This document shows positions 50,253-61,766 of a stretch of 64,000 bases of DNA, one piece after another. The stretch is from the NCBI RefSeq assembly GCF_003918875.1, contig NW_025767309.1:558001-622000 (forward strand), read 5' to 3'. The notes beneath the pieces were generated by a model. That model was not told the DNA's origin and ran no database searches. It saw only the letters and a list, made by a program, of their open reading frames with translations. This DNA is from Haliotis rubra. Lineage: Eukaryota. Within the stretch, counting starts at the first letter, position 1, and each line of letters opens with the position of its first letter. A program made the translations under genes and the position numbers.

Positions 50253-53042
50253 TGCCTTCACTGAGGAACAGAAACACTGGTGGTTGTATTGCATATAAAA
50301 TTTCAAACCGATCAATTTTCATTTTTAAGGAATGAACCCATCTGCTTTTGAATTAAATTAAAATTGTATTGAAGGGGTTTTTTTTAATATATTTTTTCTT
50401 CTTTGACAAATTACTGTTTTGTTACACATGAGTATATGATATAAAAGCACAGCTGATTAAGCTTCAAATACAATGGTTACTTAGTGCTGCATTCAGCAAT
50501 ATTCCAGCTATTTGGCGGCAGTCTGTAAATAGTGGAGGGCGGTGGGGTAGCCTGGTGGTTAAAGCGTTCGCTCGTCATGCTGAAAACCCGGGTTCGATTC
50601 CCCACATGGGTACTATGTGTGAAGCTTATTTCTGGTGTCCCCTGCCGAGATTTTACTGGAATATTGCTAAAAGCGGTGTAAAACTAAACTCACTCACTCA
50701 CTCACTCACTGTAAATAGTGGAGACAATCCACCATCAATCTACGCAATTGGGATACGATGACATGTGTCAGCCAAGCCAATGAGCCTGACCACTGGATCC
50801 CGTTAGTTGCCTTTTACTACAAGCATAGGTTGCTGAAGACCAATTCTAATGCGGATCTTCACAGGTACTGTAAATATAATGAGATCTCTATTTGTGTATG
50901 TAGGAATGATAATGTCAACATTCTGAACTAAATGATTATTCACATGAGGAAGTTGATGCATGCAAAAGTCGGGACCATATTTATATTCTAACACTTCCAT
51001 GGGAGATATAATATAGAGCTGGATATTCTTGTTTAATTATCTCCATTTTGGATATATAGGTATTTTTTCAAATATTGATAGCTTGTCTCATTGTTTTTCT
51101 AATAATTTGTCGACATAAATATTATCCGCCAACCTACGAAAACAGGATCATTCATAAAAGATAATATTTCTAACAAATGTGAAAATTGCCTGCATTTATG
51201 TTCATACTAATTTGGTTTGTTTCAAATTACAATATATAAAAAATACAACACACGTATCTGTTGAGACCCTCACTCGCACATCCCGCAGCCTTCGCGATAG
51301 AAATCATCCGCTAAGGAAGTAATGAAATACTTCAACATCTAATACAACATCTATTTGAGAGGCTAAGCAGTGTACTATGTATCCGATCCCTTTAGATACT
51401 AGTTAACAAATGATGGTGATACTGTGATCCAGGGTCAACGCTAACATCATGTAATCCTCAAAATGTTAAGTGATAATTCTCTAAACAGTAACTAAAATGG
51501 TCGTATTTATTTCAAAGACAAGGTTATTGTAAGTATGTGGATTTCAGCCCTACAACTACACGCACACACAAGGAAAAAGCGTAAAGTCAATGCAAGAAAA
51601 TATTGATAATATTTACCTTAGCAACAATGCTTCTTATCACAACATTGGAGTTATGTCCCTTGTGAGGGAAACAACGTATGGGTTTATAAGAATCGCCGCA
51701 TCTTTGATCCAGAACAACCCTGGATTTATTACATTTATTGACATTTCCATGTAGATTCTTAATCTTGTCAAGCTAAATGAAAGTGAAGTGATTATTCATA
51801 AAGTTGTGTGTGTTTTTTCTTTACCCACTTCTAGAAGGAAATTTAAAACAGATACACTTATAAATACGTCATACCTGAATGGCAACGGGGCCACTAATAT
51901 TTCGAGGTACATCATAACATCTTATTTTTGAAAATTACTTTAAATAAAAACTTAAGCCGATAGCTAAATTTATAATGTGGTTAAATCACTCTTACGCAGC
52001 GCCATCCAGAGTACGAACAGTTAATAGGAGTGTATAAGGAGACAAGTGCTGAGAACATGACTCAATCTTATTTCCTTTCTAAATCGTGGTATGTGTGATA
52101 ATTTCTTTTCAATGAGAACTTTTGCATACGTGAATCATTAACGGTGACAATCACCATGAAAGTGATTCCCGGTCAATTTTCTTTTACGTCAACTCGGCAT
52201 GAGGCAATTAGAGACTGGTGTCTCGCTGTTCCGGGCACGGAAGAGGCATTGTTTTGAAGTATAATCATTCATGTTTTTTACCTGACGATTAAAGATTTCC
52301 CCTTATGAGCAGACCGTCACGAACCTATGAGCTAGAAGTTCCGACAGCCGACATGATTTTAATATGAAATCCACGTTCATGTTCACGGGGCACCAATGCA
52401 TACAATCTTCAGCCCATGGGAGGCTTTTTAGATTCTTTTCGATAATTTAACATGAATAGATTTTTAAAAAATGTTCATGATGATAAGGTTTTACAATCAC
52501 CTGAAGTATTGATTCTCGGGTTTGCTGTAAGTTTACATACTCCGTTATTCTCAAGACGTAGAATGTAACACAAACAGAATGGGTTGAAATATCTTGAGCC
52601 AAGCTAAGATTCAACAAAACTAGAAATAATGGTTGTCGAAATCATTACAACAGTCTCGCCTATGTCAAAATAGGTAGTAAGTTTGCTCTCATTATAGTGT
52701 ACATTAGGCTGTCTTCTCGGTCGTTCTTCAGCAAAATTTAATTGTAAATCTGAATTAGAGTTTGAATTTACCACATAATATCAACATATATATAAATAAT
52801 TTCAAATGACCCTGACAAAAAGTATTTCTCAATCCCTGTGTATCCTCTATATAGACAATATGTTTGACATAAATGCAAGGTCATTGTAAGCAGATTTCAC
52901 TAATTATTTCACTTTATTGCTCTTTACAAAGTCATGATATATGCTACACAATTAGTCAAAACAGACACCAAATGTTTTTCTCTACTGTTGGCTGAGATTG
53001 GGGAGGAGATAGACGTACAACACGCACAATGAATGGACTTAC

Positions 53043-53181
53043 CTGCGTAGTCATGACGTAAACAATGCGTGACGTCATAATATTATTTTTGACGTCACAT
53101 AGCGGAAGTGTGACGAGACGGTTTCCATGTTGCAACGGGACGGTTTGGCTATCGGTTTCGCTCAGAATATCTATTCATGCA
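53043..53181. promoter_or_regulatory. Compact bidirectional promoter / overlapping first exons of NXNL2-like and the uncharacterised gene
   Basis: TGACGTCA at 53070 and 53090, TGACGTAA at 53054, GTAAACA at 53058, CGGAAGTG at 53103. Consensus minus-strand donor CAG|GTAAGT at 53043/53042. Confidence 0.55.
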
Positions 53182-56100
53182 ATGTCTTCGGGAATGAGAC
53201 AGGATCGTTTTCAGAATTTTGAGCACGGTTCTGAGAGGGAAAGCGAACCAGATGGCATATGTGAATTTTCTTATGAGTCCTCTCTCGACAGCATCAGAGC
53301 TCGCATAAATGACATATGGCAAGATGATCCTTCGAAATATGATGTCCTTACACCAGCCTTATGCAACATTTGCCTTACGAGTGAACTTCTGCAGAAAAGA
53401 TTTTCTTCAGTGACTTCCGCTGATATTTTAGCTGGTATTGCTGTAGGCGCTAAAACGGAAAGTCCACTAACTGAGAAAGGGGAAGCAGAATTCGCAAAAG
53501 AGAACGACTTTTTCGGCAGTGATGTGTAAGTTCAAAATACCGTCCTAAATGGAAATTTGTCAAATTGCTAAAAATGCCAGTGGCTACCCTGACCGTCTAT
53601 AGGGTGACATTATAATGGCTTAAAACAAGTCATATTGATTATAAGTAATACATGCATAATTCAAGTAGAAGAATGAAACTTCCAACGGGTTGTACTTGTA
53701 GAATATTATTTTTCTTCATTCTTTGCCATGTCGTATTTTCTTATTTCAGATTTCGTTTACACCAGGAATGTACACATGGCATCAACGCAGACCATTCGGA
53801 CAACATACAGCAGGTAGTACGGATAATTGTATCAATTTATCATATAACATCAATCGTATTGTTGAAAGCAATATGAGTCATGAAGGCTGCAGAAAACGAA
53901 ATAGTTTTTGTATTTGGAGGGAAAAGTGTACGATCCAGATAAAATATGATTTGTAAATTAAACAGCTAAATTCCTCAGAAGATTCATACTGAGAACTACA
54001 GTTAGTTATTTTTGCTTCGGTCAGTTGTTTGAGTTATGACAGCGGTGTATACTAGTTTCAAAGAGGATCAGAATTGGTTTTGTTTCCATATTGTGTTTAT
54101 TATTCAATTTGTGTTTCAACACATGGTCTCCATTTAAAACAGAAACTGAAAAAGGGACGAAAACACATTTGTAATGATAAATATTTTTATTCTTAAGATG
54201 AGAAAAGAGTATGATAAAAGAATAATAGGCTTGTTTGATCAAAGGTTGGCTTGTACTCTTTATTGCACAAGTTTCCGTTTTAGGCCAAAGTTAGGTTAAA
54301 ATAAGCGCGAATGGCTTTGTATGGGGCTTGCAAAATACGCCAGTCTGCTGTTTACGCTTGCAAAGGGCACTGCATAATAGAACCTATGCGACGGCTGTCT
54401 GTAAACAATCGAGTATGTGCTAGGCCAGGGATAATGAAGCTGTGATAACAGGGATAATTGACATCAGTATTTTTATATTTATGAACGGGCCATTGTAGTA
54501 TGGGGATTTCAATGTATCAAAAGTAATGGGATGTGTAAATTCATGTCTGAGTTATAATATTTTGACAAGCTAACCAGGTTTACCCTCCTCACAACAGGGT
54601 GATGCAAGGGCAGTTGGCTATGGTCGGAGTGAACGACAACCTGGTGTTTCCTACAACGATCCTTTCGATCCCAGATTGTAAGTGTAAGGTGTAGCGTGAT
54701 TTATCCTTTATCTGCAGATCAACAACATCCAGTTAAGTATATCTCCAAATGGGTCTTCGTGTAATTTAACATGATTATTATATACTCATAATCTGCATGA
54801 GAAACATGACGAAATATATTGGTTGTGTGTCTCGGATGTCAAATATTCTATCGCGAACTCAAACTGAGCACAACGGAACAACGTCTCCGTCGATTGGAAG
54901 CAGGGCTTGGTCTAGTTCGGTTGTTGTTTAACGCTGCACTCAGCAATATTCCAGCTATATGGCGGCGATCTGTAAATAATCAGATAATCCAGTGATGAAG
55001 AGCATGTGCATAGATCTACGCATTAAGGATACGATGACATTGGAATCGCTGGCTCGCAGTCTGCAGTAGCCACGTCCTCAAATATTACCGGATGGCGTTT
55101 CGGTAAACCCTACAAAACGTACACTATCCCCAGGATCACACACACACACACACAAAATGCAAGTTACAAACCGGGCTCAGTGTCGGGATGGCCATACTTA
55201 CAGCATTGCGGCCATACCACTGATTATGATGGAGGTTTCACGAACATCACTGTTGGAAAACTGAAAGAAGGTGTTAAAATAGTTTTGTTTTGGCAATATG
55301 TCCTCATGTCCATTAAAACTGTCGATGCCTTTGGATGTTTAGGTAAAACGAAGTTTACTTTCCTTACCCTTACCCTTCCCGTATGTAGACGCCTGATTCG
55401 CAGGCTAAATGTTAATGAAAATCATAATTTGTGATCAATTGAGATGCAGACGATGCAGTAGCCAATACATTGCATGTATCCCATTGGCATCCAACTGTCC
55501 ATGTCAGCGGGCGGCAGGTAGTGCTCGTATAGTGCTTGCATGTTCGGCGTCTGTGATCCTCCTCCGTCTGTAGATAGCATCTTCCCAGAAACCAAATGAA
55601 GCTTAAATTTCACATGCTTGTTCCCATGATTTGTTCAAGAGGTTCAAATCCGAATTTCAGTATAACCACTACCGCAGCCATTTTGGACCGCAACTATATG
55701 CGTCTTTGTAACCAAAGTTGGTGTATGTCTTTTTTGGGGTAAAGTTTTGACAGTTCTATGAAAATGTATTTGTAGCTCTGTAAACATCTCTGAAAGTACC
55801 GGGTTGAGGAAGCTGAATTGTGATATCGTAGTATGTCCAGAACACAGCTATGTTAGAGGGTCAGAAGTGATACTGATAGCATTTAACTTAAACTCAAGGC
55901 CGGCAGCAGCATTTAATAACATCTGTCTTTGTTGGCATTGTACACAGATGAGCTACCGTCAGACTATTCTTATTACAATGGCTTTGCTTTTGTAAGTTTG
56001 ACTTGTTTTTCGATAGTAGTTGTATATACATGTACTGACAATTTTACATCCTTTTATGTTGACAAAAAGCTCGTGGTCTCTTATAATTCGATAATTTGGG

Positions 56101-59100
56101 TATTTATTACATTCGTCAGTGATGAGTATATAATGTAATGTACTTTAGTAATTTTGTCTATTTGTCCATGTAATGTTCACTAATTACGATATATTGCCTT
56201 TCAATGCTTTGAAATTTGAATTTGTTTTTTCGATCGACCTTGGCAGGTCATTTGCTGGCCTTCAGGACATTGTGTTTCCCAACGCCCAGTTTATAAGACC
56301 AGATAAGGAACCCCAAGACAACATCTGTCTCGCCGTAGACGACGTCGGTGACATCGTCCACGAGTACCTGAACAAATATCACGACTGCTTGGATTGCATG
56401 CGGTCAAGGTCACCATGTGGAAACTGGGTACACATGCCCGAAGCCGTTCTTCCTGCGAAGTTTGCTTCCTATGAGTTGTGGTTGGCAGCCAAGAACGAGG
56501 CAGCAGTTGACAACGAGACTAATGAGGACTGTCGTCTGCTCGCATCCGAACTCACTTCTCACGGTGTCAGACGACTCTGGTTAGATTTATCTTCCTACAG
56601 TCCAAGCACCTCAGATGACCAAGATGTGTTTTCACAACAGGGATCTGTGAGCTGCGGGTCAAGTTCACCTAGGGACTCCTCATCAGCTGTGAACGAAGAT
56701 CTGACCTGTAGCGACCCTGACCAGTGTCCCCATTACAAGCAGTTGCTCTATTATCCTGTAGGCGCTGAACCCAGTGCCCCCCACATCGGAGCTGTGGGCA
56801 GAAAGAAATTGCGACTCCATCAAGGACTTCGTCCCCCGTGTGTCTTACGGCTTCAACCTCCCAGTGCCAGATGTGGTCAAAGAGAAGTCGCTGGCTTCTG
56901 AAGCTGGCATGGACGAAGCTGATGAGGACTTGGATTCCAAAACCGACAGGCATACCAGCAGGCTGTTTGACCTTTGTGTGCCAGAGCAGAACGATGGCCA
57001 AGGGGATGGAAGCCCGAACAGGTATGTAACAGGCTGGTACACAGGAGGACCTTTTGGAATGAATAGGTACGAGTGAGTGAGTTTGGTTGTTCGCGGACTT
57101 AAATTCAAGCGAGTAACATCATAAATCGGCTTCACATGCCCACCTGATCCCAGATAGTTATCAGGAACCTCGTCGCTGCCTAGTAAGACGTACAAAGATG
57201 CTCTACATTTGTAGCAACTGTCCGTTTCCAAGACGCCTGTATTTCATATATGGTAGCCGCATTTTCTCTCTCTAGGTCACATGAGTGGTCTCCACGAGAT
57301 GTCCAACCTCCAGAACAGCATTCGTCCCCAGAAACCGGCTTACAAATCCCACTCCTGGTGTCCACCAAGAGGAGGGAACGTCCAGTGAGGGGAGTCAGGA
57401 ACGCCAGGAGGTCCAACTACCGAGACTACCAAGTCACATTTGTCGATGACGTACAGTTCTCGGATCCATGCAGGTGCGGTGGCTGCTCCTATACAGTATG
57501 ACATTGGTATCTACAATGAACGCTTCATAACTGTTTAATTTATCACGACTTGTTTGTTTCATAAGTGAAGAAAGCTAAACCAGACGCTGGACGTGGATTA
57601 TTTAGTGAGCATGGGTACAGGTATGATTCTGGCAAATCAAAAATCATGATTGGCCCGAAATTGGAATTTCACTTGCATCTTAGTTTACGGAGTTTGAACT
57701 ACAAATCCCAGAAGGATAAGATTCCTTAATATCATGACTCTGTAACCTACATATGTCATGGCCTACATGTTTCAGATACTCGGAGCCAGAAACTGTGTCC
57801 AGTTCCAGGGCCACCATTTCAGACACTAGAGTATGGACTGTTAAAAACAATGGTGTAGAGGGATGTCCCGCAAACAACAAACACGGCTTCAGCAGGAGCG
57901 AAACCCACCAGGAATACAGAGATGCTCATGTGAGAGACAACAGTTACCCTGCTAATCAGAGGATAGAACTGTCAGCACACAGTGAGCCCTTCATTCCAAG
58001 GTGGCGAGTATCGGATGAGAACAGCTTTATGGGATGTGAGAGTGAAAAAAGATTGAATAAGATCGAGGAAGAGCTAACAGATATGAGAACTTCTCCGCAA
58101 CAGAGGCACGAGAACCAGAATAGTCTTAGTCCTCGCAGTCAGCCCCTGCTGCTCAAAACGCCCTCTCCGGAGCAGATGAAGCGATCGCCAGTGGGGGATC
58201 ACGAGCTTCAGTTCCAGCTAGATGACAACGACCACCACCAGCAAAGCCTTGTCTGTAATGTTCAGAGCGACGAGTTCCTAAATAGTCCTGAAAGTCATAA
58301 GTCAGCAGAATCATATCAGCAGTGGTCCCCAGCCCATGACTCGGAGGAAAGTCCAGTCAAAGAGTACGAGCTGTTCGATACGAAGAAATCGTTCTATGAC
58401 AATTCCCTTCTGGACAGGGTTCAACCCATCACCAGTGTGGGTAAGTCAGCCAGCAAACCCTGTGGTCTTATAGGCAATATGAAGTTTACTGGGAACGGAT
58501 GGAAGAAGATATATGAAAAAGGAAACACCGTTGATGATTTGTGGAACATATGGAGCAGCCATTCAGAGACCAAGACAGATGTCAAAGATCAGTCATGGAC
58601 AAATGGTGATGCAAAACTCCTCAAGCCTCTTTCAACCTCTTTTCAGTGCAGTGTGAACGATCTGCAGCCAACGCCAACGTCCGTTCCGACAACAGTTTGG
58701 CAACGTACATCTCAGAGTGTATGGACAAAGCCCGAAGCACCTGTCCAATCGCAGTATACCTATGTACCCAATCAGTCCCACCTGACTCCACGGTCTGTGA
58801 GGTCCAGTCTGGCGTCCTATTCCCGCACCTCGCAGCACCAGAGTAGCATGCCCTCTGACAAATCTGACCAGATCCCCCCAGGCACGAATAATACGGCCAC
58901 AGACCCAGCACCAGCTGGAACTCAAACCATGTATAGATGTATTCCCTCGTGGTGCTTTGGCAGAGCCACATCCGCGCCAGTATCAGACATCTCCTTGGAC
59001 GGCGGCAGAGCGGAATGTGGTGACGAATCTACACCAGTCACAAGACAACACACGATATATTCAGGTAAGCTGTTCTGTTGCATGGACAACTTGTTTTAAG

Positions 59101-59798
59101 AAAGGTCTGAATATGTATGATGCGATGTGTTGCATGGTGCTGTATCAGATACAAAGTTAATCTCACAAAATTGTGTGTGTTTTTTTCAGTCTCAAGGAAT
59201 GGGTGCAGTTCGACCAAACCAAAACATCTCGTTTGTGTCCAACAGGATGGCGTGTGTGCCGACTCCTCAGCCTTACGACTACCGCAATATGGTGGTTCTA
59301 CAGCCTCACCAGAAACAGCCCGATCCCAGGCCCACGTTGCAGCCAACAGTTTTATCTCATGGGTTCGCACCTCAACCTTCTTCTCTCAAACCTACCACAT
59401 ATCACACGTTTGGACCGTCTCTCGCTTCAACCCTCCACCGAGTCCCATTTGATCAACACTCACGTCTGCAACCCTCTATCATTTCCCGCCCAAATGCAGC
59501 CTTTGCGCCTCCGGCTGGTTTTGCCCCAACCTTGCCCACCCAGACCTACAGACATGTGACTGTCGCAGCCAATTACAATCCACCGAAGTTGGTGGCTGTT
59601 CCAGCGTTTGATGCCCGCCCCCGGCCGAGGTATTATACGTCATTTCTCAACTTCAACAACCACAACGAGGCATATAGCTCAGACTCTGAACTGTCCGAAG
59701 CGTCGGTTGACCGGGAGGAAGATCAGGACGTGTTTGATAGACATGGTCGAGCTCGTCCAATCCGTGCTAATCCAGCCAATCTCATACATTTGACCTGA
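53182..59798 (+). CDS. Uncharacterised ~1118-aa protein; exons 53182-53525, 53750-53813, 54598-54677, 56247-57021, 57276-57473, 57776-59064, 59190-59798
   Basis: Long ORFs bounded by GT-AG. Phases are compatible if one base is removed at the C-run 56777-56782 and one within 58801-59064 (likely the C-run 58874-58879). No family recognised; largely Ser/Pro/Gln-rich with Cys/His clusters. Confidence 0.7.
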
Positions 59799-60929
59799 TG
59801 GAACCAGATAATGTGAAACGTTTGTTCTTTTGGCTTTTGTAATTTGTCGTTTTCTTCATTGGTTGCCTTTTTACCAGAAAGCATAGATCTCTTCAACGTT
59901 AATGTCATTTCAGTTTTGACATGACGGATGATGTTTAATGTCTTTTTCTTGTTTTTGACACTGTGTACACAGAAATCACTGGCATGTGTGAACGTACACA
60001 AAATCGTTGAGGAATGGCATGGAATTATTTTGATGAGAATTCATATATTGTACACATTCTTATTAACACGGACATATTTAATGCCTCATTTATAGAAAGA
60101 AATAATAGAATGATAAACCAAGAAAATAATTTTGAGTTGTTTTCACCAGAGCATGTGGTATTTATATCAGTGCTGTACTTGTTAATGTCGGAATGTGACA
60201 CACTGACAGATTGTTACATGGTGAAATGAAAACGTCCTCGTGGTAGACTGCGACGTTGTGGTCAGTACTGTTGTCGTCGCAGCCATTTAAATGTACACGG
60301 ATGGTATAAAGTATTATTTACCACCAACCCCAACGCCACACTCACGACACAAAGTCATGGTCATCATAACCCACATGCGTACAATGTGTGAAGCCCATTT
60401 CTGGTGTCCCCACAGTCGTCATCTTGCTGGAATATTGCTAATAGCAGCGTAAAACTAAACTCACTCACTCGATCATCATCACCATCCCGTTACCACCACA
60501 AGCTGAACAACTAACCTCAACTCGGCATCACCTCCAAACTCAGCATCGCCACACCACTACTACATGAACAGTACTCATACCATCATCATCAACAACAACA
60601 ACAACAACATCATCATCAACAACATATCACTACCACTACGCTAACAACACCCAGCAACCTTGTCATCACCAACAGGACGACTATACTATGATCAATTACA
60701 AGGACCTGCGTCACCGCCACGTCGTCACCGCCTTAATATAACAAATATTCAATGTCAAATATGAGTCCACAACTCATCAAGAGTGCAACATACCCCCACA
60801 TGTATATTAGGAACTCGTAAACCAACTGGAATACCCAGTACATATATATGTGTCTTTCAAATCGACGCTGAACACTAAATACTCAATGACTATATGAGCT
60901 CATGCATATAGCAGAACACTACACCATGA

Positions 60930-61766
60930 TGATTACACAATGCCATTTAGAAAGTGGTCAAATGCAACATGTGTTATATTTGGGATTACACTTTCTTAGT
61001 AAAGTACAAATTCTAGTACTTTTTGAGTTGAGTCCCATCCGGGATTCGAACTCACACCCTCAGAGTCAGGCACCCAATCGCCAGCACACAAAGTCAGCCG
61101 CCTAACCCACTCAGCTACCGCGACTTCCACAAAAATGGAAGTCGGACAACTATTAGTCTAGACTGCGGGCTTTGTGTACCCTCTGATAAGTGTTAATTGG
61201 CACGGCTCCCACGGCCGAAAGCTATGATTACACAATGCCATTTAGAAAGTGGTCAAATGCAACATGTGTTATATTTGGGATTACACTTTCTTAGTAAAGT
61301 ACAAATTCTAGTACTTTTTGAGTTGAGTCCCATCCGGGATTCGAACTCACACCCTCAGAGTCAGGCACCTAATCGCCAGCACACAAAGTCAGCCGCCTAA
61401 CCCACTCAGCTACCGCGACTTCCACAAAATGGAAGTCGGACAACTATTAGTCTAGACTGCGGGCTTTGTGTACCCCTCTGATAAGTGTTAATTGGCACGG
61501 CTCCCACGGCCGAAAGCTATGATTACACAATGCCATTTAGAAAGTGGTCAAATGCAACATGTGTTATATTTGGGATTACACTTTCTTAGTAAAGTACAAA
61601 TTCTAGTACTTTTTGAGTTGAGTCCCATCCGGGATTCGAACTCACACCCTCAGAGTCAGGCACCCAATCGCCAGCACACAAAGTCAGCCGCCTAACCCAC
61701 TCAGCTACCGCGACTTCCACAAAAATGGAAGTCGGACAACTGGTAGTCTAGACTAGACTAGACTAG
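60930..61766 (+). mobile_element. Tandem array of a 295-bp retro-element unit (2.8 copies) with hammerhead-like junction motif and antisense tRNA-like A/B boxes
   Basis: Near-identical units 60930-61224, 61225-61519 and 61520-~61753. (TAGAC)n tail; 13-bp TSD ACTACACCATGAT at 60918-60930 and 61767-61779. Confidence 0.8.

Noticed and set aside
55949-55951. Sec codon in the uncharacterised gene if both alternative exons are included
   Set aside because: No SECIS was seen downstream of 59798, and including both exons also shifts the frame.
61095-61125. CCGCCTAAC as a twister ribozyme start
   Set aside because: The remaining twister elements are missing, and the sequence is just the reverse complement of the tRNA-like D-arm.
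61120-61165. Helitron 3' end (hairpin CGACTTCCA/TGGAAGTCG followed by CTAG)
   Set aside because: The 13-bp TSD and simple-repeat tail indicate target-primed retrotransposition; Helitrons make no TSD.
60902-61695. Three 67-aa ORFs as a tandem peptide gene family
   Set aside because: They are by-products of the 295-bp repeat, overlap the antisense tRNA-like region, and the frame is not preserved in the diverged copy at 27487-27683.
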